DNA of 32,910 nt from Spirochaetaceae bacterium (GTDB taxonomy: Bacteria; Spirochaetota; Spirochaetia; Treponematales; Breznakiellaceae): NCBI GenBank assembly GCA_031257995.1, contig JAIRNN010000028.1, positions 1 through 32,910 on the forward strand, in the 5' to 3' direction. The notes under the pieces are model-generated. The model was not told where the DNA came from. It made no database searches and was given only the letters and a program-made list of their open reading frames with translations. The position numbers and the translations under genes are program-made. Shown piece by piece: positions 9,426 through 18,453 of the stretch (its first letter is position 1; every line of letters begins with the position of its first letter).

Positions 9426-9454
9426 TTTACACGGGGCGGTTTTCATTCTATAAT
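9426..9454 (+). promoter_or_regulatory. Sigma70-like internal promoter immediately after rplN
   Basis: TTTACA 9426-9431, 17-nt spacer, TATAAT 9449-9454. Confidence 0.55.
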
Positions 9455-9575
9455 AGTGATAACAGTGACGGTGGACGCGGTTGTCGGTTCGTTGTACTGC
9501 GTGCTTTTATGGTGAGTCGGGCGTAGGTTCTTAAATGACCGGATGCCCCAAATATTTATGGAAGAGGAGTTGTAA

Positions 9576-9827
9576 ATGAAAACGGATTTTACTTTTACGC
9601 TGGGTAATCTTCTCTCTATGATAGCGATGGCAGGCGCGATCGTTGTTTTTGTGGTTTCGATGACTTTTATGTCGAATTCGAGCCGGGATGATATACGGGA
9701 GCTTAAGGACTCTATCAAAGAAGTACAGATGTCCATTAAGGATATGCAGACGGTGATACATTCGATAGACCGGAGAACGGCTGTTCTTGAGGAAAGGACG
9801 GGACGGAATACGGCTGTTGGTTTTTAA
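9576..9827 (+). CDS. Hypothetical 83-aa single-pass membrane / coiled-coil protein inserted between rplN and rplX
   Basis: GGAG 9566-9569 lies 6 nt before ATG 9576. Hydrophobic stretch LGNLLSMIAMAGAIVVFVVSMTF is followed by a charged helical tail RDDIRELKDSIKEVQMSIKDMQ. Visibly AT-richer than its neighbours. Confidence 0.6.
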   Translation: MKTDFTFTLGNLLSMIAMAGAIVVFVVSMTFMSNSSRDDIRELKDSIKEVQMSIKDMQTVIHSIDRRTAVLEERTGRNTAVGF

Positions 9828-9848
9828 CAAGGATAGAAGGAAGAATAC

Positions 9849-10193
9849 ATGGCGTTGGCAACGGGACAACCAAAGATGAAACTCAGGAAGGACGACACGG
9901 TTCGTGTGATCGCCGGGAAGGACAAGGGGAAGAGCGGGCGAATTCTCAGGCTGGTGCGTAACAAGGCGCGGCCGGGCAGCACCCGTGTGCTTGTTGAGGG
10001 GTTAAATATTGTCAAGAAGACAAAAAAAGCCCGCAGTCAGCAGGATCGGGGCGGAATTATTGAGATTGAAGCGCCGCTTGATGTGTCGAACGTGATGATT
10101 TTGTGCAAAAAATGCGGCCCGACCCGGATCGGCTATAAAGGCGAAGGGAAGGATAAAAAACGGGTCTGCAAGAAATGTGGTGAGGCGCTGTGA
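9849..10193 (+). CDS. rplX: 50S ribosomal protein L24 with a C-terminal CxxC...CxxC
   Basis: [21 protein letters not shown]......[12 protein letters not shown]......GGIIE.EAPL.VSNVM. An ATG at 9876 is a possible alternative start. Confidence 0.93.
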   Translation: MALATGQPKMKLRKDDTVRVIAGKDKGKSGRILRLVRNKARPGSTRVLVEGLNIVKKTKKARSQQDRGGIIEIEAPLDVSNVMILCKKCGPTRIGYKGEGKDKKRVCKKCGEAL

Positions 10194-10870
10194 TGGCTGA
10201 AGAAAAGAAGAAGAATCCGGCTAAGACGGCAAAGGCGGCGAGTACTCCGAAAGCGTCCGGCAAGAAGAATGCGGGAAGCAAGTCCGCCGTGCCTGAGGCG
10301 AAGGCGGTCAAGGGAAAACCTTTTACCGGGGTTCCCCGTTTGAAGAAGCAATATAAGGAAGAAATTGCGCCGGCCTTGAAAGAGGATTTCAATTACAAGT
10401 CGGCGATGCAGATTCCCCGGCTGGTGAAAATCGTGGTGAGTATGGGGGTCGGCGAGGCGTTGACCAACAAGAAGCTGCTTGATGTGGCGATTTCCGAGTT
10501 GTCTCTCATTACCGGGCAGAAGGCGGTGAAGACGAAGGCGAAGAAGAGTATTGCCAACTTCAAGATCCGTCAGGGGCAGGAAATCGGCGCGATGGTAACG
10601 TTGCGGGGGAAGATCATGTATGAGTTTCTTGACCGGCTGGTCAATGTCGCTCTGCCGCGTGTGAAAGATTTCCGGGGGATCAACGGGAACGCCTTTGACG
10701 GGCATGGAAACTACGCGCTAGGGATTACCGAGCAGATCATTTTCCCGGAGATTGACTTCGACAAGATCGAGCGGGTCGCCGGGTTGAATATTGTGATTGT
10801 GACGACGGCGGGAACCGACCGGGAGGCAAAAGCTTTCCTGGAAAAGTTCGGGATGCCGTTTAGAAAGTAG
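10193..10870 (+). CDS. rplE: 50S ribosomal protein L5 with a ~45-aa Lys/Ala-rich N-terminal extension
   Basis: TGATG overlap with the rplX stop. Core [13 protein letters not shown]...F.Y.S.MQIPRL.KIV..MGVGEA...ITGQK...T.AKKSIA.FK.R.G...[14 protein letters not shown]. Confidence 0.95.
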   Translation: MAEEKKKNPAKTAKAASTPKASGKKNAGSKSAVPEAKAVKGKPFTGVPRLKKQYKEEIAPALKEDFNYKSAMQIPRLVKIVVSMGVGEALTNKKLLDVAISELSLITGQKAVKTKAKKSIANFKIRQGQEIGAMVTLRGKIMYEFLDRLVNVALPRVKDFRGINGNAFDGHGNYALGITEQIIFPEIDFDKIERVAGLNIVIVTTAGTDREAKAFLEKFGMPFRK

Positions 10871-10884
10871 GACAGGTAGGTTGT

Positions 10885-11070
10885 ATGGCTAGAAAGGCGA
10901 TGATTATCAAGGCTTTGCGGACTCCGAAATACAAGACGCGCAAGGTGAACCGTTGCCGTGTCTGCGGACGCGCGCGGGGATATCTCCGTAAGTACGAGAT
11001 GTGCCGTCTGTGTTTCCGCAAACTTGCCAGCGAAGGGCTTATTCCCGGCGTGACCAAGGCGTCGTGGTAG
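10885..11070 (+). CDS. rpsN: 30S ribosomal protein S14, zinc-binding type Z (61 aa)
   Basis: MARKAMIIK......[37 protein letters not shown]. Confidence 0.96.
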   Translation: MARKAMIIKALRTPKYKTRKVNRCRVCGRARGYLRKYEMCRLCFRKLASEGLIPGVTKASW

Positions 11071-11082
11071 GGAGGAGGAGCG

Positions 11083-11481
11083 ATGAGTGTTTCTGATCCG
11101 ATTGCGGATATGCTGACCAAAATACGGAACGGCGCGGCTGCCGGGAAGGAAGTCGTGAAAGTTCCCGCGTCCAATCTTAAACTTGAGATTGTGCGGATTT
11201 TGAAAAGTGAAGGTTATATCAGGAGTTATGTGAAGATCGGGCAGCCCGGTCTTGAAACGCTGGAGATAACGCTGAAATACGATGAGGCGGAGCGTTCCGT
11301 GATACACGGTCTCGAACGGAGATCCAAGTCGGGCCGCCGGCAGTATTCGGGGTACCAGTCGATGCCCCGAGTGTTTAACGGGTTTGGTACGTTGATCGTG
11401 TCCACTTCCAAGGGCGTTACGACGGGAAAACAGGCTGCGGACAACAAGGTCGGCGGCGAGATTATCTGCAGCGTGTGGTGA
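11083..11481 (+). CDS. rpsH: 30S ribosomal protein S8
   Basis: [16 protein letters not shown]........V.VP.S..K..I..IL..EGYI...GGEIIC.VW. Confidence 0.96.
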   Translation: MSVSDPIADMLTKIRNGAAAGKEVVKVPASNLKLEIVRILKSEGYIRSYVKIGQPGLETLEITLKYDEAERSVIHGLERRSKSGRRQYSGYQSMPRVFNGFGTLIVSTSKGVTTGKQAADNKVGGEIICSVW

Positions 11482-11488
11482 GGATGGT

Positions 11489-12028
11489 ATGTCACGAGTA
11501 GGAAAGTTGCCGGTGGTTTTGCCCGCCGGGGTAAAGGCGCATTTCTCAGGCGAGGTGATGACGGTTGAGGGCCCGAAAGGGAAACTCACTCAGAAATATC
11601 AGAGCCTTATTTCCTTTGAGAACAAGGGCTCGGAGATCATCGTGAGCCGCGCGAATGAGGAAAAGCAGACGAGGGCCTATCACGGCCTCTACCGGAATCT
11701 GCTTCGCAACATGGTGGCCGGGGTGTCGGCGGGTTTTTCGCGGACGCTCCAGATCACGGGTGTTGGATACCGGGCCGAGGTGCGGGGGGACATTCTCCTT
11801 ATGAACTTGGGTTATTCGCAGGAAATCTATGTCGGTATTCCGTCCGATCTCAAGGTTACGGCGGATCCCAACGGCAAGGTGGAGATTTCCGGCATCGACA
11901 AACAGCGGGTCGGCGAGTTTGCCGCCCAGATACGAAAACTGCGCGGGCCCGAACCTTACAAAGGCAAGGGAATCCGTTATGATGATGAACGTATCCGGCG
12001 CAAAGTCGGGAAGTCGGGAGTGAAGTGA
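11489..12028 (+). CDS. rplF: 50S ribosomal protein L6
   Basis: MSRVGK.PV..P.GV.......V.V.GPKG.L...GVGYRAE...L.L.LGYS......P......[14 protein letters not shown]. Confidence 0.96.
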   Translation: MSRVGKLPVVLPAGVKAHFSGEVMTVEGPKGKLTQKYQSLISFENKGSEIIVSRANEEKQTRAYHGLYRNLLRNMVAGVSAGFSRTLQITGVGYRAEVRGDILLMNLGYSQEIYVGIPSDLKVTADPNGKVEISGIDKQRVGEFAAQIRKLRGPEPYKGKGIRYDDERIRRKVGKSGVK

Positions 12029-12390
12029 TGCTGAAAAAGATGCTTGATAAGGAAAGACGGCGGTACGCGCGGAAGGTTCACATCCGTAAACGGATTTCCG
12101 GAACATCTGAATGTCCGCGTTTGTCTGTGTTTCGGAGCAACAAGGCGCTTTCGGTACAGGCGATTGATGATACGCGGGGGGTGACGCTCGTGTCGGCCTC
12201 TATGCTGGAGAAAGAGTTGCGCGGTCTTAAAAATACCGCCGAGGGCGGGGCGCAGCTCGGCGAGATTGCCGGGCAGCGGCTCGTTGAGAAGGGGATCAAG
12301 ACGGCGGTGTTTGACCGGAACGGGTACCTTTACCACGGCAGGGTGAAGGCGATTGCCGAGGGTGCGCGAAAAGCCGGGATAGTATTTTAG
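12028..12390 (+). CDS. rplR: 50S ribosomal protein L18
   Basis: TGATG overlap with the rplF stop. ...RLSVFRSNK....QAIDD..G.TL.SAS......FDR.GYLYHGRVKA.AEGAR.AG..F. Confidence 0.95.
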   Translation: MLKKMLDKERRRYARKVHIRKRISGTSECPRLSVFRSNKALSVQAIDDTRGVTLVSASMLEKELRGLKNTAEGGAQLGEIAGQRLVEKGIKTAVFDRNGYLYHGRVKAIAEGARKAGIVF

Positions 12391-12400
12391 GAGCTCATAA

Positions 12401-12925
12401 GTGGAAAGACAGGCAAGAGAAGGCCGCGACCGGGATCGCGGTGGAGAGAAAGAGTATATCGAGAAACTCGTAAAACTGAACCGCACGGCGAAGGTTGTGA
12501 AGGGCGGCAGGCGTTTTTCGTTTTCCGCGCTTTCTGTTGTCGGCGACCGGAAGGGCAATGTGGGATACGGCTTCGGCAAGGCGAACGATGTTGCCGAGGC
12601 GATCCGCAAGAGCGTCGAAAAGGCGAAACGCAATATGATTCCGCTTCCTACGAAGAACGGCACGATTCCGCACCTCATTCAGGCGAATTTTAAGGCATCC
12701 TATGTCCTTTTGAAGCCCGCCTGTTCGGGAACCGGTATCATCGCGGGCGGTCCGGTACGCGCCATCATGGAAGCGGGCGGCGTTACCGATGTGCTGTCCA
12801 AGTCTATCGGCGCGCGCAGTCAGTACAACGTGGTGAAGGCGACGTTTGCCTGTATCGAGCAGATGATGAATCCGCTTAAAATCGCGCATGACCGGGGTAA
12901 GCCGGTGAAGGAAATTTGGGGTTAA
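12401..12925 (+). CDS. rpsE: 30S ribosomal protein S5
   Basis: GTG start. ...V.LNRTAKVVKGGRRFSF.AL.VVGD..G.VG.G.GKA..V..AIRK......GTG.IAGG.VRA..E.AG..D.L.KS.G. Confidence 0.96.
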   Translation: MERQAREGRDRDRGGEKEYIEKLVKLNRTAKVVKGGRRFSFSALSVVGDRKGNVGYGFGKANDVAEAIRKSVEKAKRNMIPLPTKNGTIPHLIQANFKASYVLLKPACSGTGIIAGGPVRAIMEAGGVTDVLSKSIGARSQYNVVKATFACIEQMMNPLKIAHDRGKPVKEIWG

Positions 12926-12926
12926 T

Positions 12927-13112
12927 ATGGCCGGCAAGATCAAAGTAACGTTAAAACGCAGCATAATCGGTACGCTTCCCGCTCAGAGGGCAACGGTGCG
13001 GTCGCTCGGCCTCCGCAAAATCGGTTCGTCGAAAGTACACGAAGCGTCGGAAGCGTTGCTCGGTATGGTGAAGAAAGTCGCGCACCTCGTGGCGGCGGAA
13101 GAGGTAAAGTGA
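12927..13112 (+). CDS. rpmD: 50S ribosomal protein L30
   Basis: KIKVTLKRS.IG....QRATVRSLGLRKI.SS. Confidence 0.93.
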   Translation: MAGKIKVTLKRSIIGTLPAQRATVRSLGLRKIGSSKVHEASEALLGMVKKVAHLVAAEEVK

Positions 13113-13615
13113 TGCATAGTTTTGATATTCACGCGCCCAAGGGCGCCAATAAGAAGAAGCGTATCCTCGGACGCGGCCAAGGTTCGGGCAGGGGAACGAC
13201 GGCGGGGAAGGGCAACAAGGGCCAGCAGTCCCGTTCCGGCGGCAAGACCTATCTCGGTTTTGAAGGCGGCCAGATGCCGCTCTACCGGCGGCTCGCCCAC
13301 CGGGGATTTTCGAATTATCCGTTTAAGGTAACCGCCGAACCGGTGAATCTCTGCGACATTGAGCGGAAATATGCCGATGGCGAGACTGTTGACCCGGCAA
13401 GCCTTGTCGCGAAAGGTATCGTTGATAAGGGCGATGCGGTAAAAATCCTCGCAAACGGGGAGATCAGCAAGAAGGTTACGGTGAAAGACCTCAAGATTTC
13501 GGCGGCGGCGAAGGAAAAAGTGATAGAAGCCGGCGGGACGGTCGTGGATTTTGTCAAAAAAGAGCGCCCGCCCAAGGCAAACAAGAAAAAAGGTGAGAAA
13601 AAAGCAGATGGCTAA
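13112..13615 (+). CDS. rplO: 50S ribosomal protein L15 (basic C-terminal tail)
   Basis: TGATG overlap. ...GRG.GSG.G.T.GKG.KGQ..RSGG......FEGGQMPLYRRL..RGF. Confidence 0.95.
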   Translation: MHSFDIHAPKGANKKKRILGRGQGSGRGTTAGKGNKGQQSRSGGKTYLGFEGGQMPLYRRLAHRGFSNYPFKVTAEPVNLCDIERKYADGETVDPASLVAKGIVDKGDAVKILANGEISKKVTVKDLKISAAAKEKVIEAGGTVVDFVKKERPPKANKKKGEKKADG

Positions 13616-14936
13616 TCCTTTAGTAAGTATATTCAGAGTCCACGAACTCCGTGAGCGCATCTTTTTCACGGTGGTGATACTTGTTGTCTTTCGTTTGGGG
13701 ACGGTTTTGCCTGTTCCCGGTATCAATGTGAGTGTGCTCAACGAATACTTCAAAGATCAAATTCAGACCGGCAACGCGATCATCGACTATCTTGATTTCT
13801 TTGCGGGCGGCGCGTTCTCCAACTTCTCGGTGTTTATGCTCGGCATCATGCCCTATATCTCGATGTCGATCATCATGCAGCTGTTGCTCATCGTGTTTCC
13901 CAGCCTGAAAAAGGTTTCGCAGGAAGAGGGCGGCAGGAAAAAGATACAGACTTGGCAGCGTTACGGCACGGTCGCGGTCTGTATCATCCAGTCTTTCGCC
14001 GTTGCCCAGTATGCCCAGGCCATTTCCCGGACTGCGGAAAACCTGCTCAATATGGGTATTGTCCCCTTTACGTTGCTGGCGATACTGACTGTTACGACGG
14101 GTACGATGTTCCTCATGTGGCTGGGGGAACAGATCACCAAGCGCGGCATCGGGAACGGCATCTCGCTGCTCATCTTTGCCGGTATTGTGGCGCGGCTTCC
14201 TGCCGCTGTGGTGGAACTCGGCCAGCAGGTTCGCTCAGGAAATCTCAACATTGTCTTTGTTATCGTGGTATTGGTCATTTTTATCGCGGTTGTCGCGCTT
14301 GTGGTGATCGAACAGCAGGGGCAGCGGAAGATTCCGGTGAATTACGCCAAGCGGGTGGTCGGCCGGCGTATGTACGGGGCGCAAAACACGTATATTCCGT
14401 TTAAGATCAACCCTTCGGGCGTTATTCCGGTCATTTTTGCCTCGTCCATTTTGATGTTCCCGCTCCAGATCGCCTCGACGATTGGCGGCAATGTGCCTTG
14501 GCTGAACGCCGTGTCTCAGGCGCTTACGCCGCGCGGGGTGCTTTACAACGTGCTGTATGTGCTGTTAATTATTTTCTTTGCCTATTTTTATACGCAAGTT
14601 TCGTTGAACCCGCTTGAGATAGCGAAAAATATCCGCGAAAACGGCGGGTCGATTCCCGGTATCCGCAGTGAAAAACTGGAGCAATACCTGACCAAGATTT
14701 TGAACCGCATCGTGCTGCCGGGGTCGCTCTATCTTGCGTTGATTGCGATTATTCCGACGATTGTGCAATGGTTATTCAAATTTCCATCGTCGATTTCGTA
14801 TTTGATGGGCGGTACTTCGCTGCTCATCATCGTTGGGGTGGATCTTGACACGATGAGCCAAATTGAGTCACTCTTAAAGATGCACCATCATGAAGGCTTG
14901 ACCAAGAAAGGGCATATTAAAGGAAGGAACTTGTAA
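13608..14936 (+). CDS. secY: Preprotein translocase subunit SecY
   Basis: AGGTGAG precedes ATG 13608. MANPL...ELR.RI.FT......R.G...P.PGI....GGA....S.F.LGI.PYI..SI..QLL. Multiple TM segments. Confidence 0.96.
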   Translation: MANPLVSIFRVHELRERIFFTVVILVVFRLGTVLPVPGINVSVLNEYFKDQIQTGNAIIDYLDFFAGGAFSNFSVFMLGIMPYISMSIIMQLLLIVFPSLKKVSQEEGGRKKIQTWQRYGTVAVCIIQSFAVAQYAQAISRTAENLLNMGIVPFTLLAILTVTTGTMFLMWLGEQITKRGIGNGISLLIFAGIVARLPAAVVELGQQVRSGNLNIVFVIVVLVIFIAVVALVVIEQQGQRKIPVNYAKRVVGRRMYGAQNTYIPFKINPSGVIPVIFASSILMFPLQIASTIGGNVPWLNAVSQALTPRGVLYNVLYVLLIIFFAYFYTQVSLNPLEIAKNIRENGGSIPGIRSEKLEQYLTKILNRIVLPGSLYLALIAIIPTIVQWLFKFPSSISYLMGGTSLLIIVGVDLDTMSQIESLLKMHHHEGLTKKGHIKGRNL

Positions 14937-15049
14937 TGAAAGTGAGAACGAGCGTGAAACCGATTTGCGACAAGTGCAAGGTTATCAAGCGGCGCGGCAT
15001 TGTCCGCATCATCTGCGAGAATCCTAAGCATAAGCAGAAGCAGGGTTAG
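14936..15049 (+). CDS. rpmJ: 50S ribosomal protein L36 (37 aa, zinc type). Too short to appear in the ORF track.
   Basis: TAATG overlap with the secY stop. My translation: [40 protein letters not shown] at 15047-15049. Confidence 0.93.
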   Translation: MKVRTSVKPICDKCKVIKRRGIVRIICENPKHKQKQG

Positions 15050-15070
15050 GGTTAGGTATAAGGAAGGAGT

Positions 15071-15439
15071 ATGGCAAGAATCGCGGGGGTGGATGTCCCC
15101 AACAAACACGTTGATATCGCGCTTACCTATATTTTCGGTATCGGCCGGTCGACGGCAAGCGAAATTTGCGGGAAGCTGAGGCTTGATAAGAATACGTTGA
15201 TTAACGATCTGCCGCCGGAGGTGTTAAACGACCTGCGGAAGCTCATCGATACCGATTACAAGGTGGAGGGCCGTCTTCGTACCGAGATCGCGCTGAATAT
15301 CAAGCGGCTCATGGATATTGGCTGTTATCGGGGGCTCCGGCATCGGAAAGGGCTTCCGCTTCGCGGCCAGCGCACGAGGACGAATGCTCGTACCCGTAAG
15401 GGCAAGAAGAAGACGGTTGCCGGAAAGAAGAAAGCGTAG
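15071..15439 (+). CDS. rpsM: 30S ribosomal protein S13
   Basis: [20 protein letters not shown]...A..I.........L.......R.....I.RL..I.CYRG.RHR.GLP.RGQRT.TNART.KG. Confidence 0.97.
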   Translation: MARIAGVDVPNKHVDIALTYIFGIGRSTASEICGKLRLDKNTLINDLPPEVLNDLRKLIDTDYKVEGRLRTEIALNIKRLMDIGCYRGLRHRKGLPLRGQRTRTNARTRKGKKKTVAGKKKA

Positions 15440-15458
15440 CCGCCTATTGTGGACTGTG

Positions 15459-15638
15459 CCCCTTATGTGGGGTCTGGGGGACGAGTCCCCCAGCGGGGGG
15501 TCTATGACACCTTCGGGGGCAAGGCCCCGTAGAGGGGGTAGCATAAGACCCTAAGCCGTGCTTGCAGAGCAAGCATTTGCGGGCGGCGGTCTGGAGCGAG
15601 GGGTCGGCAAAATTTGCTGCGGCTTCCCCCCTTATGTG
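15459..15638 (+). repeat. Family R-related element, copy c, inserted between rpsM and rpsK, bounded by an 11-bp direct repeat
   Basis: Its 3' half, GCTTGCAGAGCAAGCAT...CTGGAGCGAGGGGTCGGCAA...GCGGCTTCCCCC, matches copy b. CCCCTTATGTG occurs at 15459-15469 and again at 15628-15638. Confidence 0.75.
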
Positions 15639-15715
15639 TTTTTGAATTTTTTTAAGTGCCTGGTGAGCCGGGTGAGATTTTATTTTGGTAGGAGGAACGA
15701 TGATCGGAGGACGAT

Positions 15716-16111
15716 GTGGCTGGTAACGCGAAAGGCAAGGTAAAAAAGAAGAAGGAGAAGATTAGCGTATACGAAGGGAACGTCTATATTCAGGCGACCT
15801 TTAACAATACAATTGTGACCATGACCGATCTCAAGGGCAACACGATTTCGTGGGCTTCGTCGGGGGGGCTTGGTTTCAGGGGGGCGAAGAAGTCTACGCC
15901 CTTTGCGGCGCAGACGGTTACCGAAACGGCGGCGCAGAAGGCTTTGCAGGCCGGGCTTCGGGTGGTTCATGTGTATGTGAAAGGGCCGGGTATGGGACGG
16001 GAGTCTGCGGTTCGCGCTCTGGGGGGTTTGGGTATGATGGTTAAGTCGATTAACGATACGACGCCGATCCCGCATAACGGGTGCAGACCGCGCAAAACGC
16101 GGCGCATCTAG
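15716..16111 (+). CDS. rpsK: 30S ribosomal protein S11
   Basis: GTG start 4 nt after GGAGGA. ...[34 protein letters not shown]...........G.....V.VKGPG.GRESA.RAL. Confidence 0.96.
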   Translation: MAGNAKGKVKKKKEKISVYEGNVYIQATFNNTIVTMTDLKGNTISWASSGGLGFRGAKKSTPFAAQTVTETAAQKALQAGLRVVHVYVKGPGMGRESAVRALGGLGMMVKSINDTTPIPHNGCRPRKTRRI

Positions 16112-16125
16112 GGCGGAGGAAAAAT

Positions 16126-16761
16126 ATGGCAAGATATACGGGTCCGGTTTGCCGGTTGTGCAGGGCAGAACAGAAGAAACTCATGCTCAAGGGGGAGCGT
16201 TGCAAGTCGGATAAGTGCCCGGTGAGTAAGAAGCGTCCTGCGCCGGGGAAGGATCCCAGGGCGAGGGCGGGAAAGGCCAGCGATTACCGGATTCAGCTCC
16301 GTGAAAAGCAGAAACTGCGCCGGATCTATGGGATGCAGGAGAAGCAGTTCCACCTGTTTTTCGAGCGGGCGTTACGTATGAGCGGTATCACGGGCGAAAA
16401 TCTTCTGGTGTTGCTTGAGCGCCGTCTTGACAACGTGGTGTACCGTCTTCGTTTCGCGGCCAGCCGGAGTCAGGCGCGGCAGTTGGCGTTGCACGGCCAT
16501 GTGCGGGTGAACGGGAAGCGGGTGAATGTGCCCAGTTTCTTGGTGAAGCCGGGTGACGAGATCGCGATTAGAGAGTCCAGCAAATCTTTAGCGCTCATCA
16601 AAGACGCGCTCAAGGAATTTGGCAGGTCGGGTGTTATGCCGTGGCTCACCCTTGATCCTGATGGCATGAAGGGGACGTTTGTTGCCCTGCCGCGGCGAAA
16701 CGACGTGACCGATCTGGCTGATATAAAAGAGCAGATGATCGTCGAATTCTATTCGAAGTAA
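16126..16761 (+). CDS. rpsD: 30S ribosomal protein S4
   Basis: GGAGGA precedes ATG 16126. MARYTGPVCRLCR.E..KL.LKGERC...LERRLDNVVYRL.FA.SR.QARQL..HGH..VNGK.VN.PS. Confidence 0.96.
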   Translation: MARYTGPVCRLCRAEQKKLMLKGERCKSDKCPVSKKRPAPGKDPRARAGKASDYRIQLREKQKLRRIYGMQEKQFHLFFERALRMSGITGENLLVLLERRLDNVVYRLRFAASRSQARQLALHGHVRVNGKRVNVPSFLVKPGDEIAIRESSKSLALIKDALKEFGRSGVMPWLTLDPDGMKGTFVALPRRNDVTDLADIKEQMIVEFYSK

Positions 16762-16770
16762 GGAGATCCA

Positions 16771-17778
16771 ATGGCCCGGAAGAACCTACTCAAAGGTTTT
16801 AAGCGACCCAAGGGTGTGCTGTCGTTTGTACAGGAACAGTCTGAGTCGAATTATGGTAAGTTTACCGCTTCTCCGTTTGAACCCGGTTTCGGTACGACGA
16901 TCGGTAATACTCTGCGCCGTGTGCTTCTCTCGTCTATTCAGGGTTACGCGATTTCCGCGGTAAAGATGACCTCGTATGACGCGGAGGGGAAGGCGCACAA
17001 CATCTCAAGCGAGTTTGAGCCGATCCCGAACATTGTTGAAGACACGCTCGAAGTGATCAACAATATGAAGAAGATTCGTCTGCGCCTCGCCGATCAGGAT
17101 CTTGACACCGAGACGGTTCTCTATGAATGGTCGGGCAAGAAGGCGGTTACGTCCGCCGATTTTGCGATTCCGGGAAAGGTCGAGGTGTTTGGGCGGCCTC
17201 AGCATATCATGACGCTTTCCGCCGACGCGAAGGTCGAGTTTGAGGTACAGATCGACTTTGGCCGCGGGTATGTTCCCGCCGAGACGAACGCGAAATTCAT
17301 CGAGATTATCGGGACGATTCCGATTGACGCGATTTACGCGCCGATTCAGAAGGTGAAGTTTGCGATTCAGCCCTGCCGGATCGGCCAGCGCAACGACTAC
17401 GATAAGCTGGTGATGGAAATCTGGACGGATGGTACGGTGCGGCCCGATGACGCGCTTGCGGAGGCGGCAAAAATAATCAAAGAACATATGCAGACGTTCA
17501 TCAACTTTGACGAGGCGGGCGATGCCCTTCCGGATGACGATATTGAGGGCGATGAAAGGATGCGGAAACTGCTCGCGACGCCTATCGAAGAGCTTGATCT
17601 TACCGTTCGTTCGAGGAACGGTCTTGAACGGGAAAATGTCAGGAACTTGGGCGAACTGATGAATATGAGCGAGGCCGACTTGATCCGTATTCCGAATTTC
17701 GGCAAGCGTTCCTTGCAGGAGATCAAGGACAAGTTGAAAGAGTGGAATCTTGAACTCGTCGGCGGTTCGAGTCAATAA
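16771..17778 (+). CDS. rpoA: DNA-directed RNA polymerase subunit alpha
   Basis: ...YGKF...P.E.GFG.T.GN.LRR.LLSS..G.A......CTD motif LDL.VRS.N.L....I..LGEL........L..I.NFG.KSL.EIK..L. Confidence 0.96.
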   Translation: MARKNLLKGFKRPKGVLSFVQEQSESNYGKFTASPFEPGFGTTIGNTLRRVLLSSIQGYAISAVKMTSYDAEGKAHNISSEFEPIPNIVEDTLEVINNMKKIRLRLADQDLDTETVLYEWSGKKAVTSADFAIPGKVEVFGRPQHIMTLSADAKVEFEVQIDFGRGYVPAETNAKFIEIIGTIPIDAIYAPIQKVKFAIQPCRIGQRNDYDKLVMEIWTDGTVRPDDALAEAAKIIKEHMQTFINFDEAGDALPDDDIEGDERMRKLLATPIEELDLTVRSRNGLERENVRNLGELMNMSEADLIRIPNFGKRSLQEIKDKLKEWNLELVGGSSQ

Positions 17779-17789
17779 AGGATAGAACG

Positions 17790-18233
17790 ATGAAACATTT
17801 ACGAGGATTTAACCCGCTTGAAAGACGGAGCGCCCATCGCAAGGCGCTTATCCGTAACATGATGACGAGTCTTTTCAGGTTTGAACGTATCAGGACCACG
17901 AAGACGAAGGCGCTTGCCGTGAGGCGGGCGGCGGAGCGGCTCATTACCCGCGCAAAAGAGGATTCCGTCCACAACCGCCGTCTTGTGTCCGCCCGTCTTT
18001 TTGACGAGGGTATTGTTGCCAAGCTATTCAATGACATTGGCCCGCGCATGAAAGACCGTCCGGGCGGTTATACCCGCATCCTGAAGCTGGGCGAACGGTA
18101 TGGAGACGCGGCGGAGATGGTTATTCTTGAACTCGCCGATTATAAGCTCAAGATTGAGGATGTCGAGGACAAGAAGGCGAAGAAGGAAAAGGCGAAAACG
18201 GAAAAAGCCGCAAAAAGGGCGGCGGGGGCATAA
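17790..18233 (+). CDS. rplQ: 50S ribosomal protein L17 (Lys-rich C-terminal tail)
   Basis: [26 protein letters not shown]...ERI.TT..KA...R..AE.LITRAK......GGYTRI.KLG.R.GD.AEM. Confidence 0.95.
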   Translation: MKHLRGFNPLERRSAHRKALIRNMMTSLFRFERIRTTKTKALAVRRAAERLITRAKEDSVHNRRLVSARLFDEGIVAKLFNDIGPRMKDRPGGYTRILKLGERYGDAAEMVILELADYKLKIEDVEDKKAKKEKAKTEKAAKRAAGA

Positions 18234-18416
18234 ATGTCAAAAGCGCATAGAGGAAAAGGCATACGCGAGCTTGTTTCGGCCGGCCGCGGTGAATGTCCGG
18301 TTTGCAAGAGATCGGGCGTGAAAATTCTTTACGAAATGGAGTCAGGCGGGCAGAAGATTCAAATCTGTAAAACCTGCAAGGCCGCGATAAAACACGGCAA
18401 GAAATCGCTCGCCTAG
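18234..18416 (+). CDS. Hypothetical 60-aa Cys4 zinc-ribbon-like protein abutting rplQ
   Basis: The ATG follows the rplQ TAA with no gap (TAAATG). MSKAHRGKGIRELVSAGRGECPVCKRSG...ICKTCKAAIKHGKK. Basic, with CxxC-x21-CxxC. Confidence 0.55.
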   Translation: MSKAHRGKGIRELVSAGRGECPVCKRSGVKILYEMESGGQKIQICKTCKAAIKHGKKSLA

Positions 18417-18453
18417 CATAAAGCGAAGCGCATAACGCGCAACGGATCGCCGT

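Noticed and set aside
13608-15070. Absence of adk, map and infA between secY and rpmJ (and of fusA after rpsG) as evidence of deletion
   Set aside because: These genes are located elsewhere in various bacterial lineages, including, as I recall, spirochaetes. The junction here is tight (TAATG overlap) and looks native.
15558-15743. 61-aa ORF in the rpsM-rpsK spacer
   Set aside because: It is a translation of the repeat element, overlaps the rpsK start, and has no SD.
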